A stretch of 64,000 nucleotides of DNA from Vulcanimicrobiota bacterium (GTDB lineage Bacteria; Vulcanimicrobiota; Vulcanimicrobiia; Vulcanimicrobiales; Vulcanimicrobiaceae), in contig OY968762.1 in NCBI GenBank assembly GCA_963695225.1, positions 1,472,001 to 1,536,000 of the forward strand. Reading direction: 5' to 3'. The notes below the pieces were generated by a model. It was not told where the DNA came from and searched no databases. It saw only the letters and a list, made by a program, of their open reading frames with translations. The position numbers were made by a program, and so were the translations under genes. The stretch's first letter is position 1. Every line of letters begins with the position of its first letter. Positions 39,368 to 49,623 of the stretch are shown here, one piece after another.

Positions 39368-40047
39368 CGCCTGCACAGCCGCAGGCCTTCAAAGTGCTCG
39401 TCGTCGAGGACGACGCGCAGATCTCGCGCGTGCTCAAGCTCGAGCTCGAGCACGAAGGGTACATCGTCGAGACCGCGGCCGACGGGCTCACGGGGCTCGA
39501 GAAGGCGCTCAAAGAGCCCGATCTCATCGTGCTCGATCTGATGCTGCCGAAACTCGACGGCGGAGAAGTCTGCTCGCGGATCCGCGCGAAGAGCAACGTC
39601 CCGATCATCATGCTCACGGCGAAGGATCGCATCCCCGACCGCGTGAGCGGGCTCGATCGCGGCGCGGACGATTACGTCACGAAGCCGTTCTCGATCGAGG
39701 AACTCCTGGCTCGCATCCGGGCGCGCCTGCGCGAGCGGCACCCCATCTCGAACGTCCTCTCCAGCGGCGATCTCACGATGGATCGGGACCGCCGGGAGGT
39801 GACGCGCGCCGGGAAGCCCGTCACGCTGACCGCCAAGGAATACGCCCTGCTCGAGTACTTGCTGCTCCACCGCAACCGGGTCCACACGCGGGACGAGCTG
39901 TTCAACGGCGTGTGGGGAAGCGACTTCCTCGGCGATTCGAACTTGATCGACGTGTACGTCCGCTATCTGCGCGTGAAGATCGACGACGGCCACGAACACA
40001 AGCTGATCCAGACCGTGCGCGGCGTCGGCTATACGCTGCGAGACTGA
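39364..40047 (+). CDS. OmpR-family response regulator
   Basis: VVEDD, LDLMLP, MLTAK, GADDYVTKPF, TVRGVGY. Confidence 0.95.
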   Translation: MTPAQPQAFKVLVVEDDAQISRVLKLELEHEGYIVETAADGLTGLEKALKEPDLIVLDLMLPKLDGGEVCSRIRAKSNVPIIMLTAKDRIPDRVSGLDRGADDYVTKPFSIEELLARIRARLRERHPISNVLSSGDLTMDRDRREVTRAGKPVTLTAKEYALLEYLLLHRNRVHTRDELFNGVWGSDFLGDSNLIDVYVRYLRVKIDDGHEHKLIQTVRGVGYTLRD

Positions 40048-40084
40048 CGCTCTGCTCGGGATTGTCCCCGCCGGGCCGCAAAGC

Positions 40085-41530
40085 TTGCGCTGGCGGATCG
40101 CGATATCGTACACGCTGCTCCTGCTCGCGACGATCGCCGTGATCGGAATCGTCCTCGGCTTCGAGGTTCGCCGCGTCGTGCTCGACGGCGCGCGGGCCGC
40201 GACCGATCGTGTCGGCACCGACATCGCGCGCATCGCTTCCAACAACGAGGCGATCGGCGCGCTCGGCGACGCGTTGCCCGCCGATGCGGAGCTTGCGCTC
40301 CCGGGGAATCTCGACCGGTGGTCCTCGCCCACGACGTTCGTCGAGATCGACAATCGCAACGGCTATCCGATCGGCAAGAGCTCGAACCTAGGTGCCGTCA
40401 CGTTCTCGTCTGCCGGCACGCCCCCCGGCAAGGGCAAGCTGTACGCGGTCGAGGAGACGCCGCTCGGGACCGTGCTCGTGCGCGGCGAGCGCCTCACGTT
40501 CGCGAACGGCACGGCGCTGATCGTGAAGGTCGGCGAGCGGCTCGATCTGTACTACGCGACGCTCGACCGGCTCCGCACGCTGCTCGCGATCGTGCTCGTC
40601 GTCGCCGCGCTCGCCGTCGTCCTCGCCTCGTTCGCGCTCGCCTCGAACGCGATCAAGCCGATCGACGAACTCTCGCGGAAGATCGGCGAGATCGGCGCCG
40701 ACCAGCTCGACCGGCGCGTCGCCTGGCCCGAACGCGACGACGAAGTCGGCCGCCTCGCTCGCTCGTTCGACGCGATGCTCGCGCGTTTGGAGGAGAGCTT
40801 CGCGCGCGAGCGCCAGTTCATCTCGGACGCTTCGCACGAACTGAAGACGCCGCTGACCGTCATCAACGCGAACGCGCAGATGCTCGAACGCTGGGGCGAC
40901 CGGGATCCGGCGATTCGCAGCGAGAGCTTGCGGGCGATCATCGCCGAGAGCGGCACGCTCGCGACGATGGTGAACGGCATGCTCACGCTCGCCAAGGCGG
41001 AATCGGGGGATGCGATTCCCCGCCAAAGCGTCGCACTCGAAGAGATCGTGACCGAAGCCCTGCGCGCGGCGCGCGGCCGCGCCGAAGCGAAAGGGCTCGC
41101 GCTCGAAGCGGAAAACCGCGTTTCGGGCGGGCACGCCGTCGTCATCGGCGACCCGAGCCTGCTGCGCCAAGCCGTGACGAACCTGCTCGACAATGCGATC
41201 AAGTTCACGGAAAGCGGGAGCGTTTCGGTCGCGCTCGGCACTGACGGCAAAAACGCAACGGTCGACGTCGCCGACACGGGAATCGGGATCGACGAAGCCG
41301 CGCTCACGCGCGTCTTCGACCGCTTCTACCGGGCCGACGAGGCCCACTCGCGCATCGTCGAAGGGCAAGGGCTGGGCCTTGCGATCGTGCGCAGCATCGT
41401 CCGGCTGCACGGCGGTTCGGTCGAGGCGCATCGCCAAGCGGCGGGCGGCTCCCGCTTCCGCGTGACGCTCCCCCTCGCCGCCGAGGACCCTTCATCTCCC
41501 GCTCATGACGCATCCCGGACGCACGAGTAG
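40085..41530 (+). CDS. HAMP sensor histidine kinase
   Basis: Two TMs, DEVGRLA, DASHELKTPL, NLLDNAIKF, DTGIGI, GLGLAIV. Confidence 0.94.
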   Translation: MRWRIAISYTLLLLATIAVIGIVLGFEVRRVVLDGARAATDRVGTDIARIASNNEAIGALGDALPADAELALPGNLDRWSSPTTFVEIDNRNGYPIGKSSNLGAVTFSSAGTPPGKGKLYAVEETPLGTVLVRGERLTFANGTALIVKVGERLDLYYATLDRLRTLLAIVLVVAALAVVLASFALASNAIKPIDELSRKIGEIGADQLDRRVAWPERDDEVGRLARSFDAMLARLEESFARERQFISDASHELKTPLTVINANAQMLERWGDRDPAIRSESLRAIIAESGTLATMVNGMLTLAKAESGDAIPRQSVALEEIVTEALRAARGRAEAKGLALEAENRVSGGHAVVIGDPSLLRQAVTNLLDNAIKFTESGSVSVALGTDGKNATVDVADTGIGIDEAALTRVFDRFYRADEAHSRIVEGQGLGLAIVRSIVRLHGGSVEAHRQAAGGSRFRVTLPLAAEDPSSPAHDASRTHE

Positions 41531-41539
41531 ACTGAGAAC

Positions 41540-42634
41540 GTGCGTTCCCTGCAACCTCGGCCCGCGGTGTGGCTTCGGATGCTCCTCGCCGCGGCCGCCG
41601 TCTCGGTGCTCGCGAACGCGCCCGCACGCGCCGACGTCCCGAATTTCGACGGGCTCGAGGCGCCGGTCGTACGCGTCAACCTGCTTTACGGCAACGTCAC
41701 CGTGCGGACCGCGGACCGGCCGGGGATCTCCGTCGACGGCGACAGCACGATCGAGGCCACGGAATCCTCCGGTTCGCTCGGCGAAGGAGCGCGGACGTTT
41801 CCTATCCTGCGCGGAGAGATCGAGGGGCCGAACGGCCCCGTGCTCCTGCCGGCCGAATCGTTCGTCTCGACCTCGCTCCCGCGCGGTCCGCGCGCGATCG
41901 TCACGTTCAAAGGCGTCGGGACGCTGAACCTCACGATCCCCGCGCACACCGCGCTGCTCGTCGTGCAACTCGTTCGCGGCAACGTCTCGGTCGACGGGTA
42001 TCGCGGCGGCACGTTTCTCGTGCGCGTGCGCAACGGCGCGATCCGCCTGAGCGACGACGGCGGAGAGGGGTACGTGCAGACGCTGCGCGGCCCGACGCAC
42101 GTATCGGATTCGGCGTTTGCGCACCTGCGCGCGCGCAGCGGTCTTGGGCCGATCGTCTTCGAACGCTGCAGCGCCCGGCAGATCGAGGTCGCGAGCGTCG
42201 AAGGCGGGATCCTCTACGATGACGGCGCGTTCGAGCCCGGCCTCGCGCGCTTCGAATCGCAGACCGGCCACGTCGCGATCGGCGTCAGCGGGAGTTCGCA
42301 AATCGCGGCCCACTCCGGTAGCGGGCGCGTCTACACCCAATTCGACCCCCGGACCCGCGTCGAGAACCGCGACGGCGACGCGACGGCCGTCGTCGGCGGC
42401 GGCGGCCCCGTCGTGACCGCGAACAGCGCGAGCGGGAACGTGTACCTCTACGACGGAGCGCTCCGCTCGCACCCGAGCGCGACGGAAGGCTGGGCCGTGC
42501 CCCGGGCTCTTCTCAGGCGTGAAGAGTCCCCGAACGCCGCGCCGCTCGCGCCCCCGCCGGCCTTCCCGCGGCGTTTGCCGCAGCGTCCCGCCGCCAAGGC
42601 ACGAACTTCGGAAGGGCGCCCGTATCGATCTTGA
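41540..42634 (+). CDS. Secreted beta-strand repeat protein (DUF4097/adhesin-like)
   Basis: Signal peptide; recurring xGxV/I motifs. Confidence 0.65.
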   Translation: MRSLQPRPAVWLRMLLAAAAVSVLANAPARADVPNFDGLEAPVVRVNLLYGNVTVRTADRPGISVDGDSTIEATESSGSLGEGARTFPILRGEIEGPNGPVLLPAESFVSTSLPRGPRAIVTFKGVGTLNLTIPAHTALLVVQLVRGNVSVDGYRGGTFLVRVRNGAIRLSDDGGEGYVQTLRGPTHVSDSAFAHLRARSGLGPIVFERCSARQIEVASVEGGILYDDGAFEPGLARFESQTGHVAIGVSGSSQIAAHSGSGRVYTQFDPRTRVENRDGDATAVVGGGGPVVTANSASGNVYLYDGALRSHPSATEGWAVPRALLRREESPNAAPLAPPPAFPRRLPQRPAAKARTSEGRPYRS

Positions 42635-42667
42635 ACGTGGACGGGCGGCCCGGGCTCCGGCCGCAAG

Positions 42668-42702
42668 CAAAGAAAAGGGACCGGCGCCGGCGCCGGTCCC
42701 TT
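42668..42702 (-). terminator. Intrinsic terminator downstream of the phasin-like gene
   Basis: AAGGGACCGGCG/CGCCGGTCCCTT stem followed on the minus strand by TTCTTT. Confidence 0.75.
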
Positions 42703-42722
42703 CGCGTGCAGTGCCGGGAGTG

Positions 42723-43187
42723 TTACTTCGCGCTCACCGAGGAGACGACGCGCTCGGAAACGTCCGTGACGCCCTTCGTGAAGTTCTCGAGTTGCGCGTC
42801 GGCGGTTTCCTTGACGTACTCCAGATTCGAGAGACCGGTCTTCGTGAGGCCGCGCAGCGCTTCGATCGCCGATTCCTGAAGCTTCACGTTCTGCTTCGTC
42901 AGCTTGTCGTTGAGCTCGACGGCCTTCTGGCCGCTGTTCTGCAGCTCGGCGATCGTCAGGGAGATCACTTGGTTGAGGCGGTCGAAGTTCTCGCGAACGG
43001 TCTGCTCGACGGCGCTCGACGCATAGGGGCGCGAAGCGATCTCGTAGAGCGACTTGAAGTAGTCGAGGCCGCGGCGGTTCGCCGTCGCGAACGCGTCGAC
43101 GTAAAGCGCGTAGTACTCGCTGGAAAGCTCGTTGTAGCTCGGGGTCGAGGCCTTAAGGCCGGGGGCGGTCGCTTCCGCTTTTGCCAT
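42723..43187 (-). CDS. Phasin-like all-helical protein
   Basis: Amphipathic helical 154 aa, GAGGA RBS, downstream of phaQ; phasin call rests on context. Confidence 0.6.
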   Translation of the reverse strand: MAKAEATAPGLKASTPSYNELSSEYYALYVDAFATANRRGLDYFKSLYEIASRPYASSAVEQTVRENFDRLNQVISLTIAELQNSGQKAVELNDKLTKQNVKLQESAIEALRGLTKTGLSNLEYVKETADAQLENFTKGVTDVSERVVSSVSAK

Positions 43188-43644
43188 TAGAAACATCCTC
43201 ATCGTCGGTGTCGGGAGAGGATCGCTCTTTGACCCACGTCCCAGTGTAAAGGCTGAAGAACGCATCCAGATTCGTCCGGTACTGTTCGAGCGCGGAGCTC
43301 CAGAGTTTGAGCGCATCGCCCCCCGCCCCGGTCAACGTGTAAACCCGCCGGGCAGGGCCCTGGTCTTGCGCGGACCAGCGCGAGCTGATATAGCCGTCGC
43401 GCTCGAGTTGACGAAGCGCGCGATATACGGTCCCAGGATCGGTCGTTATGGCGAAGTTGTCGCGTAAGGCCGTCATGATCTCGTACCCGTGAAGGTTGAT
43501 GTCCTTCAGCATCACGAGCAACCAAGCCATCAGGTAATTCTTGGGTGTGCCGCGGGGGGGAAGCCCCGCTTCGGCCCGACCCTGACCGGATTCAGTGGGA
43601 TCTTGTCCTGACGAGATCACACCGTTGTCCTCAGTGTCCTTCAT
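43153..43644 (-). CDS. phaQ: PadR-family regulator, PhaQ-like
   Basis: PKNYLMAWLLVMLKD..LHGYEIM, DPGTVYRALRQLERDGYI.S.W, GPARRVY. Confidence 0.8.
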   Translation of the reverse strand: MKDTEDNGVISSGQDPTESGQGRAEAGLPPRGTPKNYLMAWLLVMLKDINLHGYEIMTALRDNFAITTDPGTVYRALRQLERDGYISSRWSAQDQGPARRVYTLTGAGGDALKLWSSALEQYRTNLDAFFSLYTGTWVKERSSPDTDDEDVSNGKSGSDRPRP

Positions 43645-43648
43645 GCCT

Positions 43649-43685
43649 ATATATGTATTTTACACCTATCTTGAGATGCGGTCAA
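43649..43685 (-). promoter_or_regulatory. Sigma70-type promoter with overlapping palindromic operator
   Basis: TTGACC-N17-TAAAAT on the minus strand; imperfect dyad ATATATGTA-TTT-TACACCTAT at 43649-43669. Confidence 0.7.
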
Positions 43686-43698
43686 GCCGCTGAGGGTG

Positions 43699-44118
43699 TT
43701 ATGCGCCTTCGACGTCGGTAACGAGCAGGACAGCCTCACCGCTGGTGACCGTCTCCCCATTCTGATTCACGCACTCGGTGGCCAGGGTCACGATCTTCTT
43801 ATCCGCGCGATACGCGGTCACGCGGGCCCGCACTTCGATCGTGTCGCCGATGAAGACGGGGCGTGAGAACTTGAGCGTCTGGCTCAGGTAGATACTTCCC
43901 GGACCGGGGTACTTTGTACCAAACAGCGCCGATATGTAGGATGCGGACAGCATCCCGTGCGCGATGCGTTTGCCGAAACGCGTCTTCGCGGCGTACGCCT
44001 CGTCGAGGTGGACGGGGTTCGTGTCGCCGCTCGCCGCGGCAAATCTCTCGACGTCTTCCGCCGTGACCGTGCGCGTGAGCGTGCTGGTATGCCCCTCGGT
44101 GAAGTCCACTGCGATCAT
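43699..44118 (-). CDS. MaoC-family (R)-specific enoyl-CoA hydratase (PhaJ-like)
   Basis: FAAASGDTNPVH, IAHGML, PGPGSIYLSQ.LKF.RPV. Confidence 0.88.
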   Translation of the reverse strand: MIAVDFTEGHTSTLTRTVTAEDVERFAAASGDTNPVHLDEAYAAKTRFGKRIAHGMLSASYISALFGTKYPGPGSIYLSQTLKFSRPVFIGDTIEVRARVTAYRADKKIVTLATECVNQNGETVTSGEAVLLVTDVEGA

Positions 44119-44224
44119 CCTCTCGGTGAAGCGACGGCGAACTGTGCCGCTCGGGGCGTTACTTCAGCACGCACGGGCAGAAGACCCGGCGAATCGCCAA
44201 GTTAGGCATGACAAGTAGGCGGAC

Positions 44225-45427
44225 TCAGTCGAGGAATGGGACCGGGTCGAACGTGCCGGCGAGGACGCCGGCTACGGAACGGCCGAACCAGCGCTCGACT
44301 ACCGTCGTATAGACCCGTCTAAAATCGGTCGTGAACGTGATGTCCCCGCCGTCGAGATCGTCGAGCGAGGGGTGCGCCCCGTAGATGCCTCCCTTGACGG
44401 GGCCGACGGCGAACATCGGGGCCGCCTCGCCGTGGTCCGTCCCCAGGCTCGCGTTCTCCGCGACGCGCCGCCCGAACTCGGAGAACGTGAGCGCGAGCGT
44501 GCGGCCGGCGTTCCCGTGCGCGCCCAGGTCCGCATAGAACGCCCCCAGCGCTTCGGCGAGCTCGCGCAGCAACCGGTCCTGCGTCGCTCGCTGCGCGGCG
44601 TGCGTATCGAACGAGCCGTGCTGCACGTAGATCGCGCGGGTTCCGAGGCCGCTGCCGATCATCTGCGCCGCGAGCGCCAAGCTCCGCCCGATCGCGGTCG
44701 GCGGATACTGCACGTCCGTCGCATACCCGGCCAGGAGCTTGGGCAGCGCTTCGCTGCCTCGTTGCGCGCGATCTTCGATTCGCGCGATCGTAGCGAGGTA
44801 CGGCGAGCCGAACGGCGCGCGCTCGTCGGCGACGAGCGCGCTGAACTCGCGCCGCTGCACGGCGTTGCGATCGCTGAGCAGCCCGTACCCGCGCAGTCGC
44901 GAGATCGCGGGCACGTCGACGCCGTTCGCGATCATCGCTTCCGGAAGGACCGGCGCGATCGCGACCGCGCCGAACAAGTCGTCCTTCGGAATCGCGGCGC
45001 CGTCGAGGTACCGGCCGAGCCACCCCGTCCGTTCGTACCGCTCGGGGACCGCCGTCTGCCAGATCTCCGTCGAGCGGAAATGCGACCGGTCCGGTCGCGG
45101 GTACCCCGCTCCTTGCACGATCGCGACGTTCCCGGCGTCGTAGAGCGTCTTGAGCGCGGCGAGCGCGGGGTTGAACCCGATCCGCTCGTCGATGCGGAGC
45201 ACGTCGCCCTGGGCGATCGCGAGCGTCGGACGGTAACGGTAGTATTGCGGGGAGGCGTAGGGGACGATCGTGTTCAGCCCGTCGTTTCCGCCTTGCAGAT
45301 TCACGAGCACGAGAACGCGGTCCGAACGGTCGCCCGGCGCGGCGAGCGCTCGCGCGAAAAACGCGCCTTCATGCGCGACGACCGCGAGGCCGGCGAGCGA
45401 GCCGAGGAGGAAGCGGCTGCGTTTCAT
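44225..45427 (-). CDS. DUF1501 domain protein
   Basis: LQGGNDGLN, RSHF, FDTH, SEFGRR..EN..GTDHG, DFRRVY. Confidence 0.9.
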   Translation of the reverse strand: MKRSRFLLGSLAGLAVVAHEGAFFARALAAPGDRSDRVLVLVNLQGGNDGLNTIVPYASPQYYRYRPTLAIAQGDVLRIDERIGFNPALAALKTLYDAGNVAIVQGAGYPRPDRSHFRSTEIWQTAVPERYERTGWLGRYLDGAAIPKDDLFGAVAIAPVLPEAMIANGVDVPAISRLRGYGLLSDRNAVQRREFSALVADERAPFGSPYLATIARIEDRAQRGSEALPKLLAGYATDVQYPPTAIGRSLALAAQMIGSGLGTRAIYVQHGSFDTHAAQRATQDRLLRELAEALGAFYADLGAHGNAGRTLALTFSEFGRRVAENASLGTDHGEAAPMFAVGPVKGGIYGAHPSLDDLDGGDITFTTDFRRVYTTVVERWFGRSVAGVLAGTFDPVPFLD

Positions 45428-45445
45428 CGATCTGACCCCTTCGCG

Positions 45446-46843
45446 CTAGTTGAGTTGGAAGGCGGGCATCGCCATCGTGAGGTACGCGGCGCCGCGCATG
45501 CGTTCGTCGAGGTTCTCGCCGGAGAGCATCGCGTTCGCGGAGACGCCCTCGCCGTCGAGGTACGCTTGCAGCCGCGCGAGCGCGGCCGGAGAGGCATCCC
45601 CCTGCACGATGGCGCGCACGAGGGCGCCGGCCGCGCGCGCGGAGCCGCCCTGCCCCGCGGCGATCAGCCAATCCGCGCGCATCTGCTGCGAGGTCACGAG
45701 CGCGTCCGCGAAGTTCTCGCGCGCGAGAACGCTCTGGCTGTTGAGCCAGGCCGCGCCGCCGTCCCAACCCTTGACGCTCGGCGGAGCGAACAGTTCCTGC
45801 CCCATCCGCGCGAGCGCGGCGAGCGTCTGCAGGGCCACTTCCCGGATGCCGAAGAGCCGCTGCGCGCCGACGACGAATTCGACCGGACTCTTCACGAGCG
45901 CGCGATACGCCCGCTCGGAATAGAAGACGTTGCTGCGCAGGAGCAGCGCAAGCGAAGGCTGCAGTTCGAAATCGCTCGCGCGGATCTTCGCGGCGAACGC
46001 CTCGACGAGTTCCGGCTCCGGATCGTCGTAGACGAAGAACCGGAGCAACTTCCCGGCAAACCAGCGCGCGGCCGCCGGCTGCTCGAAGATGATCTCGACG
46101 ATGTCGCTCCCGTCGAAGGGGCCGCTGCGCCCGAGAAACGTCTTGCGCCCGTCGTCGTGGCGGCGCGGATCCTCGACGAATTCGCCCGTCCCACGCTCGA
46201 TCGTCCAGCCCGTGAAAGCGCGCGCGCTCTCTCGAACGTCGTTCTCGGTGTAGTTTCCGATGCCGAGCGTGAACAACTCCATCAGCTCGCGCGCGTAGTT
46301 CTCGTTCGGATGCGCGCGCTCGCTGCGGAAATTATCGAGGTAGCGCAGCATCGCGGGATCGCGCGAGACGGCGAGCGTCAACTCGCGCACGTTGCCGAGC
46401 GCCCGCGAACGGAACAGCTCGTTCTGGGCGATCGCGAGCGCGGGAGTGATGCCCTTGGCCCCCAGCGCCGAAGGGAAATGCCCGTGCCAGAAGAGCGTCA
46501 TCTTTTCTTGCAACGGGGCCGGGGTCGCGATCATACGCTCGAGCCACCACGTCTGCAGCGCGAGCCGCGCCTGACGCCGCGCCGGGCCCGGCTCGTCGCT
46601 CAGGCCGGAAGGCGGCTCCGGGAGCTCGGCGGTCGACGGGAAGCGCACGAACGAATCGACCGCCTCCGCCGGGGAGAGCGCCGTCAAGCGCGCGAGGTCG
46701 GCGGGGGACCCCTCGAAACCGGCGCGGCGCTGCAAATGCGCGGCCAAACGCTCGTTCCACGGGCCGCGATAGGGCGCGAGCGCACCGGCGAGCGCGAGAG
46801 TCCCCGCGGGGCGATACGGAGCGGCTGCATTCATGGCAGACAT
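45446..46843 (-). CDS. DUF1800 domain protein
   Basis: EKMTLFWHGHF, YLDN, PNENYARELMELFTLG, ARAFTGW, PSVKGW. Confidence 0.9.
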   Translation of the reverse strand: MSAMNAAAPYRPAGTLALAGALAPYRGPWNERLAAHLQRRAGFEGSPADLARLTALSPAEAVDSFVRFPSTAELPEPPSGLSDEPGPARRQARLALQTWWLERMIATPAPLQEKMTLFWHGHFPSALGAKGITPALAIAQNELFRSRALGNVRELTLAVSRDPAMLRYLDNFRSERAHPNENYARELMELFTLGIGNYTENDVRESARAFTGWTIERGTGEFVEDPRRHDDGRKTFLGRSGPFDGSDIVEIIFEQPAAARWFAGKLLRFFVYDDPEPELVEAFAAKIRASDFELQPSLALLLRSNVFYSERAYRALVKSPVEFVVGAQRLFGIREVALQTLAALARMGQELFAPPSVKGWDGGAAWLNSQSVLARENFADALVTSQQMRADWLIAAGQGGSARAAGALVRAIVQGDASPAALARLQAYLDGEGVSANAMLSGENLDERMRGAAYLTMAMPAFQLN

Positions 46844-46962
46844 CGTACCGCCGCCCCGCGACGCGCGATATGGTACGGGCGCGAATCTAACCGCGGCTTC
46901 ACCTGACGCGAACCTCCGCGCGGAACCTGGGAGGAGCGTCCGCGCTGCGAGAACGCGTCGGG

Positions 46963-48546
46963 ATGAAGCTGCTCGAGTCTCACGTCGACCCTGCGAGCGA
47001 CGTTTTCGCGCGGAATGCCGCGGCGATGCGCGGGCTCGTGGCGGACCTGCGCTCCCGGCTGCGGCGCGTGCGCGAGTGCGGCGGGCCGGAGGCGGTCGCG
47101 CGGCACCGCAAGCGCGGGAAGCTGACCGCACGCGAGCGGGTCGACCGGCTCGCCGATCCTCTCACGCCGTTCCTCGAATTCTCGGCGCTCGCGGCGGACG
47201 GCGTCTACGACGACGAGACGCCTTCGGCCGGGATGGTGACCGGGATCGCCACGATCGAAGGGCGGCTCTGCGTCGTGATCGCGAACGACGCGACGGTCAA
47301 AGGCGGATCCTACCTCCCCTTGACCGTCAAGAAGCATCTGCGCGCGCAAGAGATCGCGCAGCAGAATCACCTGACGTGCATCTACCTCGTCGATTCCGGC
47401 GGCGCGTTCTTGCCCAAGCAAGACGAGGTCTTCCCGGATCGCGACCACTTCGGCCGCATCTTCTACAATCAGGCGCGGATGTCGAGCGAGGGCATCCCGC
47501 AGATCGCCGCCGTCATGGGATCTTGCACGGCAGGCGGCGCGTACGTTCCGGCGATGTCCGACGAGACGGTGATCGTCGCCGGGAACGGGACGATCTTCCT
47601 CGGCGGCCCGCCGCTCGTGCTGGCCGCGACCGGGGAGGTCGTCAGCGCCGAGGATCTCGGCGGGGCCGACGTGCACACCCGCATCTCCGGCGTGGCCGAC
47701 CACTACGCAAACGACGACGAACACGCGCTCGCGCTCGTGCGCTCGATCGTCGCGAACCTTCCGCCGCCTCCGCCTCGCCCGCCGGACTGGACGGAGCCCG
47801 CACCCCCTGCACTCGATGCGCACGAGATCTACGGCATCGTCTCGAGCGATACGCGCATCGGGTACGACGTCCGCGAGATCATCGCGCGCCTGATCGACGG
47901 CTCGCTCTTCCACGAGTTCAAGCCGCTCTACGGCGCGACGCTCGTTTGCGGGTTCGCGCGCATCGAAGGGCACGCGGTCGGGATCCTCGCGAACAACGGC
48001 ATCCTCTTCAGCGAGAGCGCGCAGAAGGGCGCGCATTTCATCGAGCTCTGCGCGCAGCGCGGCACGCCGCTCGTCTTCCTGCAGAACATCACGGGCTTCA
48101 TGATCGGGAAGGAATACGAAAACCGCGGGATCGCGAAGGACGGGGCGAAGCTCGTGACCGCGGTCGCGTGCGCCGAGGTTCCGAAGTTCACGGTCGTCAT
48201 CGGCGGCAGCTTCGGGGCGGGGAACTACGGCATGTGCGGCCGGGCGTATTCGCCGCGACAACTTTGGATGTGGCCGAGCGCCCGCATCTCCGTAATGGGC
48301 GGGATCCAAGCCGCGAGCGTGCTCTCCACCGTCAAGGGCGCGATGTCGCCCGAGGAAAAGGCCGCGTTCGAGGCGCCGATCCTCGAAAAGTACGAACGCG
48401 AAGGCAGCCCTTACTATTCCAGCGCGCGCCTGTGGGACGACGGCGTCATCGATCCGCTCGATACGCGCCGCGTCCTCGCGCTCGGCCTCGACGCCGCGCG
48501 CTATGCCGCACCGAAACCGACGCGCTTCGGCGTCTTCCGGATGTGA
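46963..48546 (+). CDS. liuB: 3-methylcrotonyl-CoA carboxylase, carboxyltransferase subunit
   Basis: [44 protein letters not shown]. Confidence 0.92.
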   Translation: MKLLESHVDPASDVFARNAAAMRGLVADLRSRLRRVRECGGPEAVARHRKRGKLTARERVDRLADPLTPFLEFSALAADGVYDDETPSAGMVTGIATIEGRLCVVIANDATVKGGSYLPLTVKKHLRAQEIAQQNHLTCIYLVDSGGAFLPKQDEVFPDRDHFGRIFYNQARMSSEGIPQIAAVMGSCTAGGAYVPAMSDETVIVAGNGTIFLGGPPLVLAATGEVVSAEDLGGADVHTRISGVADHYANDDEHALALVRSIVANLPPPPPRPPDWTEPAPPALDAHEIYGIVSSDTRIGYDVREIIARLIDGSLFHEFKPLYGATLVCGFARIEGHAVGILANNGILFSESAQKGAHFIELCAQRGTPLVFLQNITGFMIGKEYENRGIAKDGAKLVTAVACAEVPKFTVVIGGSFGAGNYGMCGRAYSPRQLWMWPSARISVMGGIQAASVLSTVKGAMSPEEKAAFEAPILEKYEREGSPYYSSARLWDDGVIDPLDTRRVLALGLDAARYAAPKPTRFGVFRM

Positions 48547-48599
48547 GCCCGCCATCGAAGGAGGCCTGTTCGCCGCGGTCCGGTCAAGGGGTCAAAGGC

Positions 48600-49493
48600 G
48601 TGCCTAAGGCGGCCGTGATCGTCGCGTATGCGGTTGTCGTCGGCATTTGGGGGACCACGTGGCTCGCCATCAAGATCGCACTCGAAGGGTTGCCGATCGT
48701 GACCGGCGCGGGTCTGCGCTTCATCGTCGCCGGCCTCTTCCTCTATGGGCTGGGCCTGGCGTTCCGGATCGACCCCCGCAAGAACGCGCCGCCGCTGCAC
48801 TTGGTCGTCGTGCTTTCAGCCACGATGTTCGGCCTCAACTATGCGTGCACGTACTTCGCCGAGACGCACCTCGCCTCGGGTCTCGTCGCGGTCCTCTTCG
48901 GGACGCTGCCGTTCTTCGTGTTCGGGATCGCGAGCGTGATGGTCGGCGAGCGCGTCTCGCGTGGGATGTTGCTCGGCGCCGTCCTCGCGTTCGCGGGCGT
49001 CGCCCTCATCTCGCTCTCCGGCGATATCCAAGGCGACGCCGTCTACGTCGCGGCGGCGCTCGCCGCGGCCTTCTCTTCGGCATACGCGACCGTCTATCTC
49101 AAACGCCACGCCGAGGCCGAGCCCTTCACCACGCTCCCGCCGGCGATGCTGCTCGCCGGGACCGTGATGTTCGCCGCCGGGAGCTTCTCCGAGCATCCCT
49201 CGCTCGCGCAAGCGTTCGCCTGGCGCCCGCTGCTCGCGCTCCTCTACCTCGCGATCTTCGGCAGCGCGATCGCGTTCTATTTGAACCATTGGCTGCTGCA
49301 GCGCATCTCGAGCGTCTTGATGGGCCTTTCGGCGCTGATGATCCCCGTCATCGCGGTCGCAATCGGCGCGCTGTTCGGCGGCGAGGTTTTCGGAACGCGC
49401 GAGATCGCCGGAGCCCTGCTCGTCATCTTCGGCGTATGGCTCTCGATGCGCGGTGCCGCGCCGCGAACGGCGGCGCTCGCCGCCGACGGCTGA
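48600..49493 (+). CDS. EamA/DMT family transporter
   Basis: IWGTTW, about 10 TMs, LYLAIFGS. Confidence 0.88.
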   Translation: MPKAAVIVAYAVVVGIWGTTWLAIKIALEGLPIVTGAGLRFIVAGLFLYGLGLAFRIDPRKNAPPLHLVVVLSATMFGLNYACTYFAETHLASGLVAVLFGTLPFFVFGIASVMVGERVSRGMLLGAVLAFAGVALISLSGDIQGDAVYVAAALAAAFSSAYATVYLKRHAEAEPFTTLPPAMLLAGTVMFAAGSFSEHPSLAQAFAWRPLLALLYLAIFGSAIAFYLNHWLLQRISSVLMGLSALMIPVIAVAIGALFGGEVFGTREIAGALLVIFGVWLSMRGAAPRTAALAADG

Positions 49494-49623
49494 GCAAGCC
49501 CGCCACCCTTCGATGAGCTCGAGGGGGGCCGTCGCGGTTCGTTCTTGAGGCGAGGACCTGGAGCGAGGAGGCTCGAACGGCGGCGCACGAGAGTGGTAGC
49601 CGCGTCGAAACGAGCGAGGGCAC

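Noticed and set aside
49506..49526. CCCTTCG-containing hairpin, loosely similar to sites near 7068, 27963 and 57569
   Set aside because: Matches are too short and GC-rich to support a REP family from this window alone
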